A stretch of 14,706 bases of DNA from a virus: UHGV virus genome UHGV-0056970; one strand, given 5' to 3'. Below are positions 7,106-14,418 of this stretch, in pieces; within the stretch, counting starts at the first letter, position 1, and each line of letters starts with the position of its first letter. Position numbers and translations under genes: made by a program. Under the pieces are notes generated by a model, which worked only from the letters and a program-made list of their open reading frames with translations, searched no databases and had not been told where the DNA came from.

Positions 7106-7738
7106 TTACCTTTTTCGCCTGTAAATTCTATGTTCGACCATTACGCCGATAATTTTCAACGGGCGTTCAGAGCTATTAATGGTGGGGTAGTCGTCATTAA
7201 GGGGGACCAGTTCATATTGCTGGCGGCCTGAAATATCGGTAAATGTAGGACGGTACTTTTTAAAAGTAGCCTCATTTTCACCATTTTTAGCAACAACAAA
7301 CTCGCCCGGAACGGGCTCTAACTCTGGATCAACAATGATAATGTCGCCTTCTTTAAAGTCAGGCTCCATTGAATCACCTTCTATCCTTAGTGCAAAAGTA
7401 AACTCAGAAATATCAAGGTCAGTCATGATGTATTCGAAGCTACCATCAAATGCATCAATAGGGTGTTTTTCTGCTAACGCCCCAGCCTGGACGTAACTGA
7501 TCAAAGGTACTTTCCTTGAATTCACATCGTCCAGAGCCATGAAAGGCCCACCGTTCATCAACCATGTTGGGTCGCACTTAAGTGCTTTGCTTATTCCTAC
7601 TATGTTGCGAGGCTTTTTAGTTTTTCCATCCTCAATGCTGGCCCATGATTGTTGCCTTATTCCTGCCTTTTCAGCTGCTTGCTCTTGAGTAAGACCAAGT
7701 TCGATTCTTTTTTGTTTTACGCGTTCTGCAAGGCTCAT
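7106..7738 (-). CDS. cI: CI/LexA-type prophage repressor (HTH_XRE N-terminal domain, S24 peptidase C-terminal domain)
   Basis: 210 aa. N-terminal HTH (LGLTQEQAAEKAGIRQQSWASIEDG). Ala-Gly cleavage-site candidate (YVQAGALA). Catalytic Ser in GDSMEP and downstream Lys (TFKKY), the Ser-Lys dyad of self-cleaving repressors. Divergent from a cro-like gene across an operator-rich intergenic region. Confidence 0.9.
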   Translation of the reverse strand: MSLAERVKQKRIELGLTQEQAAEKAGIRQQSWASIEDGKTKKPRNIVGISKALKCDPTWLMNGGPFMALDDVNSRKVPLISYVQAGALAEKHPIDAFDGSFEYIMTDLDISEFTFALRIEGDSMEPDFKEGDIIIVDPELEPVPGEFVVAKNGENEATFKKYRPTFTDISGRQQYELVPLNDDYPTINSSERPLKIIGVMVEHRIYRRKR

Positions 7739-7766
7739 AGCTCCTCCATTCCCATGGCCTCATGGT

Positions 7767-7826
7767 CACAGTTTAAACTGTGATTGACAAACAGTAGTAT
7801 CTGTTCAAAAATACAGATAAAACTGT
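7767..7826. promoter_or_regulatory. Immunity-region operators: three dyad sites (ACAG-N6-CTGT) spanning the divergent cI/cro promoters
   Basis: Site 1 7767..7782 CACAGTTTAAACTGTG (perfect 16-bp palindrome); site 2 7791..7804 ACAGTAGTATCTGT; site 3 7813..7826 ACAGATAAAACTGT. Centre-to-centre spacing about 22-23 bp. TTGACA at 7784..7789 sits between sites 1 and 2; site 3 abuts the cro RBS. Confidence 0.6.
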
Positions 7827-7835
7827 GGAGGTGTT

Positions 7836-8066
7836 ATGGAATCAATTTCTCAAAGATTAAAGAATAAACGTGAAGAGATGAATCTCTCACAAGCGCAATT
7901 GGCTGAATTGGTCGGAATGACCCAGCAGTCATTACAAGCGATCGAGGCGGGTTTAACAAAGAGACCCCGTTACATCATTGAATTGTCTTCAGCCCTGCAT
8001 TGCGATCCTCATTGGTTGCTCTATGGCGAGGGTGCTAATCAGAACGATAGCGCTTCAGGGGTGTAA
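7836..8066 (+). CDS. cro: Cro-like HTH_XRE transcriptional regulator
   Basis: 76 aa. HTH (LSQAQLAELVGMTQQSLQAIEAG) paralogous to the cI N-terminus. RBS GGAGGTG. Divergent from cI. Confidence 0.8.
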   Translation: MESISQRLKNKREEMNLSQAQLAELVGMTQQSLQAIEAGLTKRPRYIIELSSALHCDPHWLLYGEGANQNDSASGV

Positions 8067-8094
8067 CAGAAACCACAGAGGTAGGGGGTAAGCC

Positions 8095-8646
8095 GTGGGT
8101 ATAGAACCAGAATGGAAAGTTGATAAGCAGCCGCCTTGGCTGGTAGCTGCGATTAAAAAAACGATCACTGATTTGGACGGGGGGTATGCAGAAGCAGCTG
8201 AATGGCTTGGCGTTACTGAAAACGCATTGTTTAACCGCTTACGTGCCGATGGTGATCAAATTTTCCCTCTGGGCTGGGCAATGGTTCTACAGCGTGCTGG
8301 TGGGACGAATCATATCGCCAATGCGATAGCGCGCCACTCGAACGGGGTCTTTGTGCCGCTGGCAGACATTGAGGATGTAGACAACGCCGATATAAACCAG
8401 CGCCTGATGGAGTCTATCGAGTGGATCGGAAAGCACTCACAGTATCTCCGTAAAGCTACAGCTGACGGTGTTATTGACCAGGCAGAACGCGAGCAGATCG
8501 AGGAGAACAGTTATCAGGTGATGGCGAAATGGCAGGAACATTTGACATTGCTTTTCCGTGTCTTTTGCCAGCCAGAAAAGAGTGACGCCCGCGAGTGTGC
8601 AGCTCCGGGCGTCGTGGCGAATAAATCTTTGTGTATGGAGAAATAA
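8095..8646 (+). CDS. Phage CII-like regulatory protein (tentative)
   Basis: 183 aa directly after cro, in the position of lambdoid cII-type regulators. GTG start with RBS AGGGGG. Family assignment from memory only. Confidence 0.45.
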   Translation: MGIEPEWKVDKQPPWLVAAIKKTITDLDGGYAEAAEWLGVTENALFNRLRADGDQIFPLGWAMVLQRAGGTNHIANAIARHSNGVFVPLADIEDVDNADINQRLMESIEWIGKHSQYLRKATADGVIDQAEREQIEENSYQVMAKWQEHLTLLFRVFCQPEKSDARECAAPGVVANKSLCMEK

Positions 8647-8818
8647 TCCGCATGAGCAATTTAATCGTAAATCTTCAATTACCGCAACTACGGATGTACC
8701 CGATCCCGGGCGTTTCGTCGTTTCGGTATGAGCGCATGGTATGCGGTAAATGGGTCGAGTGTAACCACAGTCGGGCACGCGGAGTTGTGGGGGTCTTTAA
8801 CCGGAGGGCAAAAGCGTT

Positions 8819-8998
8819 ATGCGAGAAGTTAACCGGAAGTTCAAAGACCACTACGGCAATCCAGTCAGAGTTATCCGCTGGGAGCCTGAGACACGTCGCG
8901 TCATCTACCTGCGGGAAGGCTATTCCCACGAGTGCTTTAGCCCACTCGATCAGTTTCAACGCAAGTTCAGGGAAGTAGAGGGCAGCCATGAGCAGTAA
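8819..8998 (+). CDS. Small phage protein (59 aa), DUF4222-like
   Basis: RBS GGAGGG then ATG at 8819; MREVNRKFKDHYGNPVRVIRWEPETRRVIYLREGYSHECFSPLDQFQRKFREVEGSHEQ. Stop overlaps the start of the replication gene (ATGAGCAGTAA). Not in the supplied ORF track (under 60 aa). Competes with a longer ORF in another frame (8631..8978). Confidence 0.45.
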   Translation: MREVNRKFKDHYGNPVRVIRWEPETRRVIYLREGYSHECFSPLDQFQRKFREVEGSHEQ

Positions 8999-9899
8999 AT
9001 TACACGGCCTCGTATGGGAAGCATGCGCTTTCAAAGGGCTGATAATCTCAGAAATAGCGGTCATGGCTCGCCTGGCAGATTTCAGTAATGACGAAGGTGT
9101 GTCATGGCCAGCGGTAACCACTATTCAGCGACAGATCGGCGCCAAGAGCGAGAATACTGTCCGCAGCGCTATCAAAAAGCTTCAGGCTAAAGGCTGGCTG
9201 AAGAAGCAGGAACGGCGCGTGGGCGGAAAGAATAATTCAAACGTTTATAAACTCAATGTGGACATGCTTGAACGTGCAGCATCTGAAGCAAAAATCTTCT
9301 ACGCAACGCCACGTGAACAATCAAAATTTGATGCCTCAGAATTTGAGGGTTCAAAATTTGAGGGGTCAAATTCTGATGCCTCAAATAATGGGTCTGTACC
9401 CCCTCAAATATTGCGGGAGGACCCCTCAATGGTTGAAGGCGATCCGTCATTAGATCCGTCATTAGATCCGTCATCTAAAAAACCTTCTTGTCGGGCTCCT
9501 GCGGAACCCGACGATAAGCCGGATCCTGAAGTTGTTATTACCGATAACGCGATCGAAGTTCTGGCACACCTGAATCTGGTCAGCGGTTCCCGTTACCAGA
9601 AATCTAAGACCTCACTGGAGAACATTCGCGCGCGCCTCCGTGAAGGTCATACCGTTAGCGACTTGAAACTGGTAATCGACGTCAAACATGAGCACTGGCA
9701 TGGCAACGACGAGCAATACCAGTACATGCGACCCGAGACACTTTTCGGCCCTAAAAAATTCGAGGGATATCTGCAAAGCGCTATCCGTTGGGATGCCAAA
9801 GGCCGCCCGCCAAGGGAGTTGTGGGACAAAACCAGACCGCGGGATGTTAATTCAATTAGTCCAGTACAAACCACGATTCCACGGGGGTTCCGGGGATGA
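8988..9899 (+). CDS. Replication initiator, lambda O-like (N-terminal HTH/DNA-binding, repeat-containing linker, conserved phage C-terminal domain)
   Basis: 303 aa. The linker region is encoded by tandem 15-bp and 12-bp DNA repeats (iterons), as with lambda ori inside gene O. The C-terminal region (LKLVIDVKHEHWHGNDEQYQYMRPETLFGPKKFEGYL) looks like the conserved C-terminus of phage replisome organisers. Stop overlaps the next start (ATGA). Confidence 0.65.
   Translation: MSSKLHGLVWEACAFKGLIISEIAVMARLADFSNDEGVSWPAVTTIQRQIGAKSENTVRSAIKKLQAKGWLKKQERRVGGKNNSNVYKLNVDMLERAASEAKIFYATPREQSKFDASEFEGSKFEGSNSDASNNGSVPPQILREDPSMVEGDPSLDPSLDPSSKKPSCRAPAEPDDKPDPEVVITDNAIEVLAHLNLVSGSRYQKSKTSLENIRARLREGHTVSDLKLVIDVKHEHWHGNDEQYQYMRPETLFGPKKFEGYLQSAIRWDAKGRPPRELWDKTRPRDVNSISPVQTTIPRGFRG
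9321..9476. repeat. Iteron array (candidate origin of replication) inside the O-like gene
   Basis: Five in-phase tandem 15-bp units at 9321..9395 (TCAAAATTTGATGCC / TCAGAATTTGAGGGT / TCAAAATTTGAGGGG / TCAAATTCTGATGCC / TCAAATAATGGGTCT), two degenerate units at 9404..9418 and 9426..9440, then three 12-bp units GATCCGTCATTA at 9441..9476. Confidence 0.55.
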
Positions 9900-10354
9900 A
9901 CATAGCCAAGTCGATCTTTGAATTTATTGAGAAGAATCCAGGCAAAATGCTGCGCGATATCACTGCGGCATTTCCTGAAACCAAACCGGTAACAGTGAAG
10001 AGCGCTGTTCATCGCCTGTACTACGACGGGGAACTTGCCAGCGTTGAAGTTACTGGTGGGTTTATCTACTTCGTAGCGGGATCCATTGATATTGAAGAGT
10101 ACCTGCCTGGTGGGCTTTCGGGGGAGATTCTTGCCCTTGAAGCGACAGCCAAAAAGCTGGAAGAGAAACGCTATTACCGCCGTGCGGCGACAGTATGGCA
10201 GCAACTTTGTGACAGCAACTGTACGGCTAAAGCAAGAGAGCGGTACCTGCGTCTTAAGAATGCTTCTGTTCGAAACGCCAGAAACATGAATGATTCCGCC
10301 GGGTCATGCTATCTGGCCGAGAATTACTGCGGAGGTGACTTGTGCTCCGATTGA
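9896..10354 (+). CDS. Putative transcriptional regulator (winged-helix-like N-terminus, PerC/ANR-like C-terminal motif), tentative
   Basis: 152 aa. ATGA start-stop overlap with the upstream gene. C-terminal RRAATVWQQLCDSNCTAKARERYLRLKN resembles the RAA..W motif of PerC-family prophage regulators (recollection, not searched). Confidence 0.4.
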   Translation: MNIAKSIFEFIEKNPGKMLRDITAAFPETKPVTVKSAVHRLYYDGELASVEVTGGFIYFVAGSIDIEEYLPGGLSGEILALEATAKKLEEKRYYRRAATVWQQLCDSNCTAKARERYLRLKNASVRNARNMNDSAGSCYLAENYCGGDLCSD

Positions 10355-10536
10355 AGAAGATTTTGATAAGTCTCCGGCGCCTTGTGCATTTGCATCACTG
10401 GCGTAACTGGTGGCAGCACGAAGTTATTTTTCGCAGAAAATATGCACTCCTCAGAAATGACCTTTTCAGCTTTGATCGCCGTTACTGGTTACTGAAAGCA
10501 CTTGTTGATGCTGATCAGCGCAGGGGAAAACTATGA
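10342..10536 (+). CDS. Hypothetical small basic protein (64 aa)
   Basis: GTG start 6 nt after GGAGG. Stop overlaps the ATG of the downstream Dam gene (ATGA), consistent with translational coupling. No recognisable family. Confidence 0.35.
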   Translation: MLRLKKILISLRRLVHLHHWRNWWQHEVIFRRKYALLRNDLFSFDRRYWLLKALVDADQRRGKL

Positions 10537-11486
10537 GTCAGGAAGTACAAGAAGCTATGACCGCAGAAGAGCAAACTTTAACAAAAACCGTCAGCCCTTA
10601 TTGCCTGGCACTTGAGGAACAGCGCCAGCGTAGTGCGCATTATTTAAAAGAAGTCGGGGATCAATGGCGTACCCCTGATCTGCTGTTCTGGGGCGTTAAC
10701 GCTATGTTTGGCCCGCTGGTACTGGACCTGTTTGCAGACGACAGCAATACAAAATGTCCGGCATGGTATACCGCTGAAGATAATGCGCTGACGCAGGACT
10801 GGTCTGGTCGTTTGGTAGAACTCGGAGGAGCGGCCTTTGCTAATCCGCCGTACAGCCGTTCGCAGTACCATGAAAAACAAGCCATCACTGGCATGACTCA
10901 TATTATGAACTATACCGCCGAGCAGTGTGAAAAGGGTGGTCGTTACATTTACCTCGTGAAGTCAGCAACAAGTGAAACATGGTGGCCGGAATATGCCGAT
11001 CACATCATGTTTATTCGTGGTCGTATTGGATTCGATCTCCCAACGTGGTTTGTGCCGGCCGACGAAAAGCAGAAGCCCACCAGCGCCTTCTTTGCCGGGG
11101 CCATTGCGGTATTTGATAAGACCTGGCGCGGTGAACATTTTAGCTATATCGATCGCGTTGAGCTGGAAGCAAAAGGGCGCGCAAGTATGGCGCTGGCTGA
11201 GTTTGCTGCAGGAAAATTCCTGTCACCAGTTTCGCCAGTTCAGTCTCCTGAAGTGATCATCCCCGATGCTGTTGCATCATTGGCTGAGCCTGAATCCCGG
11301 ATCTGGCCACTGGAAGTTGGACTCGTCTTTGGACAGGTACAAGGCGCAGAGGATCTGGAGTTCTCCCAGCAGAACAAGCTGAAGGCCCACATTAACCAGT
11401 TGTGGCTGGAGCGCGTGCCCACCAGCGAAATCATCACCGTTGCTGGTGGGCTGGTCGGCAGCATGAGGGGGACCGCTCATGCGTGA
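10533..11486 (+). CDS. Phage N6-adenine DNA methyltransferase (phage Dam family)
   Basis: 317 aa. WRTP...LDLFA...FANPPYS (NPPY catalytic motif) in the arrangement typical of phage Dam methyltransferases. Overlaps the downstream C5-methyltransferase start by 8 nt. Confidence 0.8.
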   Translation: MSQEVQEAMTAEEQTLTKTVSPYCLALEEQRQRSAHYLKEVGDQWRTPDLLFWGVNAMFGPLVLDLFADDSNTKCPAWYTAEDNALTQDWSGRLVELGGAAFANPPYSRSQYHEKQAITGMTHIMNYTAEQCEKGGRYIYLVKSATSETWWPEYADHIMFIRGRIGFDLPTWFVPADEKQKPTSAFFAGAIAVFDKTWRGEHFSYIDRVELEAKGRASMALAEFAAGKFLSPVSPVQSPEVIIPDAVASLAEPESRIWPLEVGLVFGQVQGAEDLEFSQQNKLKAHINQLWLERVPTSEIITVAGGLVGSMRGTAHA

Positions 11487-13461
11487 GATTATTGTCGATA
11501 ATTTTGCTGGTGGCGGTGGCGCCAGTACAGGTATTGAGCTGGCGATAGGGCGTAGCGTTGATATCGCGATTAACCACGATGTTAACGCCGTTGCTATGCA
11601 CCGCACTAACCATCCCGACACGCTTCACTATTGCGAAAGTGTGTTTGATGTATCCCCATTAGCCGCTACCAGTGGCAAGCCTGTCGGCCTGGCATGGTTC
11701 TCGCCTGACTGTCGTCACTTTTCTAAAGCGAAAGGTGCTAAACCAGTAGAGAAAGCTATTCGAGGGCTGGCATGGATCGTCATTCGTTGGGCGCTGGATG
11801 TTGGCCCGCGAGTCATGATGCTGGAAAACGTCGAAGAGTTTAAAACGTGGGGCCCGTTACTCGCGGCAGAAATGCGACCGGATCCGGCACGCATCGGTGA
11901 AACTTTCAATGCATTTGTCGGGATGCTTACCACCGGTATTCCAGCAGATCATCCTGCACTGGTGGAGTGTTGCGAGTTTCTGGAGTTTTCAGCGGATAGC
12001 GAGCAGGCCAAGCGCTTAATTGCCGGGCTGGGTTATGTCGTCGATTTTCGCGAGCTGCGCGCCTGCGATTATGGCGCGCCAACCATCCGTAAGCGGTTCT
12101 TCATGGTGATGCGCCGGGACGGGAAACCGATAGTCTGGCCGGAAGCCACGCACGGGGATCCGAAGTCTGCCGCCGTGCTGGCGGGCCAGCTTGAGCCGTG
12201 GCGTACAGCTGCGGAATGCATAGACTGGTCAATCCCCGCGCCGAGCATCTTCGGTCGCAAAAAGTCACTGGCAGAGAATACGCTAAAACGGATTGCCCGC
12301 GGCATTCAGCGCTTTGTTATCGAAAGTGCTTCGCCATTCATTGTGAAGTGCAATCACACAACGACACGTGGCAAATACGACTGTTTCCGGGGACAGGCGC
12401 TGGACGATCCGCTACAGACGATTACGAAAACCCACGGCTACGCAATTGCGGTACCTCATCTGACAAAATTCCGAACCGGAGCTACCGGGCAGGAAGTTAC
12501 CGATCCGTTGCCGACGGTGACGGCCGGTACCGCAAAACGCCCGGGCGGGAATGGTCACGCTCTGGGTATTGTTGAAGCAGAGCTGGCGCCGTTCCTGGCT
12601 GGCAATGGCGGCAGCGAGTACCAGGCTAAACCACGCCCGCTCGATAAACCCGCTCACACCATCCTGAAAGAATCGCGCGCCTGTGTCGTCGCTCCGGTTA
12701 TCGCCCGGCAGTTCGGCGCCAGCATCGGACACCGCGCGGATGAGCCCAGCGCAACAATCACAGCTGGTGGCGGCGGTAAATCGCAACTGGTGACGCCTAC
12801 TCTGATCCAGATGGGCTACGGCGAACGCCTAGGGCAGGAGCCGCGCGTATTAAACCTGAATAACCCACTGGGAACTGTAACCGCCGGCGGAAACAAATTC
12901 GCAACGGTGAGCGCATTTCTGGCAAAACACTACGGAGGGAATTATCAGGGCGCCGGCGTGGGGTTGGATGAGCCAGCGCATTCAGTAACGACTGTCGATC
13001 ACCACGCATTAGTCGCTTCTCATCTGGTTAAACTGCGCGGAACCTGCCGCGATGGCCAGCGCACTGACGAGCCGATGCCGACTATCACTGCCGGTGGCCA
13101 GCACGTAGGGGAGGTTAAAACGACTCTGGCGGTCGAGGACTATGACGAAGAGCGAGCGCAGCAGGTGATGGCGTTCCTGCAGGAATACTGCGGAGAAGAA
13201 TGCACCGGGCTGGTGGAAATCGGCGGAGTGACATATCGCATTGTCGACATTGGAATGCGCATGCTGCAGCCACACGAACTTTACCGGGCGCAGGGCTTCC
13301 CCGAGTGGTACATCATTGACCAGGATTACCGCGGCGTGAAATACGCGAAAGATAAGCAGGTTGCGCGCTGTGGCAATGCCGTCCCGCCGCCGTTCGCCGA
13401 AGCGCTGGTTCGCGCCAACTTACCCGAAATGTGCGTGAACAGAGAGGAGCAGGCAGCATGA
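11479..13461 (+). CDS. DNA (cytosine-5) methyltransferase with an unusually long variable region
   Basis: 660 aa. Motif I FAGGGG (res 9-14), catalytic Pro-Cys motif region FSPDCRHFS, motif VI LENVEEF, C-terminal QGFPEWY and GNAVPPPF. About 370 aa lie between the N-terminal catalytic motifs and the C-terminal motifs. Confidence 0.85.
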   Translation: MREIIVDNFAGGGGASTGIELAIGRSVDIAINHDVNAVAMHRTNHPDTLHYCESVFDVSPLAATSGKPVGLAWFSPDCRHFSKAKGAKPVEKAIRGLAWIVIRWALDVGPRVMMLENVEEFKTWGPLLAAEMRPDPARIGETFNAFVGMLTTGIPADHPALVECCEFLEFSADSEQAKRLIAGLGYVVDFRELRACDYGAPTIRKRFFMVMRRDGKPIVWPEATHGDPKSAAVLAGQLEPWRTAAECIDWSIPAPSIFGRKKSLAENTLKRIARGIQRFVIESASPFIVKCNHTTTRGKYDCFRGQALDDPLQTITKTHGYAIAVPHLTKFRTGATGQEVTDPLPTVTAGTAKRPGGNGHALGIVEAELAPFLAGNGGSEYQAKPRPLDKPAHTILKESRACVVAPVIARQFGASIGHRADEPSATITAGGGGKSQLVTPTLIQMGYGERLGQEPRVLNLNNPLGTVTAGGNKFATVSAFLAKHYGGNYQGAGVGLDEPAHSVTTVDHHALVASHLVKLRGTCRDGQRTDEPMPTITAGGQHVGEVKTTLAVEDYDEERAQQVMAFLQEYCGEECTGLVEIGGVTYRIVDIGMRMLQPHELYRAQGFPEWYIIDQDYRGVKYAKDKQVARCGNAVPPPFAEALVRANLPEMCVNREEQAA

Positions 13462-13934
13462 CTTCCTTGACCTTAAGGCAGCAGGAGGTACTGGACCTCC
13501 TGATCGAATATCAGCGTAAACATGGTTTTCCGCCTACAACTTACGAACTGACCATCATGCTGGGGTGCCGGTCCCCCAATGCAGCAGCAACGCACCTCAA
13601 GGCGTTGGAGAAAAAGGGTGTTATCACAATCACCCGCGGGGTTTCTCGCGGTATCAGTATCACCCCTTCGCTGCTGGCCAGAGAAATATCGGTCAATCTC
13701 AACAGCATCGTAAAAGTGAAACTTAATGAAGTTTCCCTCAGACATTTGGAAAAACAACACGAGCAGAATCGAATCCAGCACCCGAGGATCTTCGGGGACT
13801 TTTCGCCCCCGATAACAGACGAAAATGGCTATACGTCAATGACCCTGTGGAGCCTTATGTCCGACCTTGGCCCGCTCTGCTATTGCGGAGGAGATGTTCC
13901 GTTTGAGTTGAAAATAGTGCTGGAGGCAGAATGA
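13458..13934 (+). CDS. LexA DNA-binding-domain protein lacking the S24 peptidase domain
   Basis: ATG at 13458 (RBS GAGAGGAG; ATGA overlap with the methyltransferase stop). The N-terminal 70 aa (LTLRQQEVLDLLIEYQRKHGFPPTTYELTIMLGCRSPNAAATHLKALEKKGVITI) closely resemble the E. coli LexA N-terminal domain. The C-terminal 90 aa have no Ala-Gly / Ser-Lys autocleavage features. Confidence 0.6.
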   Translation: MTSLTLRQQEVLDLLIEYQRKHGFPPTTYELTIMLGCRSPNAAATHLKALEKKGVITITRGVSRGISITPSLLAREISVNLNSIVKVKLNEVSLRHLEKQHEQNRIQHPRIFGDFSPPITDENGYTSMTLWSLMSDLGPLCYCGGDVPFELKIVLEAE

Positions 13935-14329
13935 AGTTTATTCTTCCATTCCCACCCAGCGTGAACACCTACTGGCGGTCCCCAAATAAGGGGCCAGCAA
14001 AAGGTAAACACCTTGTCAGCGCAGCCGGCCGTAAATTCAAACATGCAGTACGTTCAGCGATCATTGAGCAACTGCGTGCAATACCAAAACCATCTACCGC
14101 GTGAGCAACTGTAGAAATTATTCTCTATCCGCCAGACTATCGCCGGCGTGACCTGGACAATTACAACAAGGCACTTCTTGATGCTTTGACTTATGCCGGT
14201 ATCTGGGAGGACGACAACCAGGTTAAGCGTATGGCTATTGAATGGGGTGAAATCGTCAAAGGAGGCAGGGTAGAAATCACCATAGTCTGCTATCAAAAAG
14301 TGGTGGATGTATGTACAGCTGTGGGTTGA
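13931..14329 (+). pseudogene. rusA: rusA-like Holliday-junction resolvase gene interrupted by an in-frame TGA
   Basis: ATG at 13931 overlaps the upstream stop (ATGA). Translation MKFILPFPPSVNTYWRSP...PKPSTA hits TGA at 14102..14104, then continues in the same frame as ATVEIILYPPDYRRRDLDNYNKALLDALTYAGIWEDDNQV... to the stop at 14327..14329. The RusA catalytic Asp cluster (RDLDN, WEDD) lies downstream of the stop. Confidence 0.6.
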
Positions 14330-14418
14330 AAGATTTGCGAGTTGGCAGTAATGTCGAATGGTGCAAACGAAACGGGCGTGCAGGCCCTTTCGTCACTTCA
14401 GAGTGTATGGAGATAAAT

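Noticed and set aside
8437-9121. Minus-strand ORFs 8437..8778, 8471..8659 and 8675..9121
   Set aside because: Antisense to the plus-strand CII-like, DUF4222-like and replication genes, which form a consistent operon; no supporting signals.
9253-9474. ORFs on both strands across the iteron region (9253..9474-, 9256..9453+)
   Set aside because: Generated by the tandem 15- and 12-bp repeats (e.g. the MTDLMTDLMTD translation); this region is the linker of the replication gene.
9647-10289. Minus-strand 185-aa ORF and plus-strand 9688..9921 and 10086..10289 ORFs
   Set aside because: Overlap the replication gene 3' end and the PerC-like gene in antisense or alternate frames; the plus-strand coupled chain is the better model.
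10644-11628. Antisense and alternate-frame ORFs within the Dam gene and the Dam/Dcm junction (10644..10901-, 10661..10894-, 10972..11256+, 11240..11464-, 11277..11621-, 11434..11628-)
   Set aside because: The Dam and C5-methyltransferase frames carry catalytic motifs; these overlapping frames are GC-rich frame noise.
11715-13275. Antisense and alternate-frame ORFs within the C5-methyltransferase gene (11715..11933-, 12069..12305-, 12198..12575+, 12412..12786-, 12797..13009-, 13009..13275-)
   Set aside because: All fall inside the 660-aa methyltransferase ORF, which has motifs at both ends; Arg/Ala/Ser-rich composition.
13431-13457. Upstream extension of the LexA-DBD gene (start at 13431, MREQRGAGS...)
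   Set aside because: The ATG at 13458 has a proper RBS and the ATGA coupling overlap, and aligns with the start of the LexA-like domain; the extension overlaps the methyltransferase C-terminus.
13473-14296. Minus-strand ORFs 13473..13781 and 14054..14296
   Set aside because: Antisense to the LexA-DBD gene and to rusA respectively.
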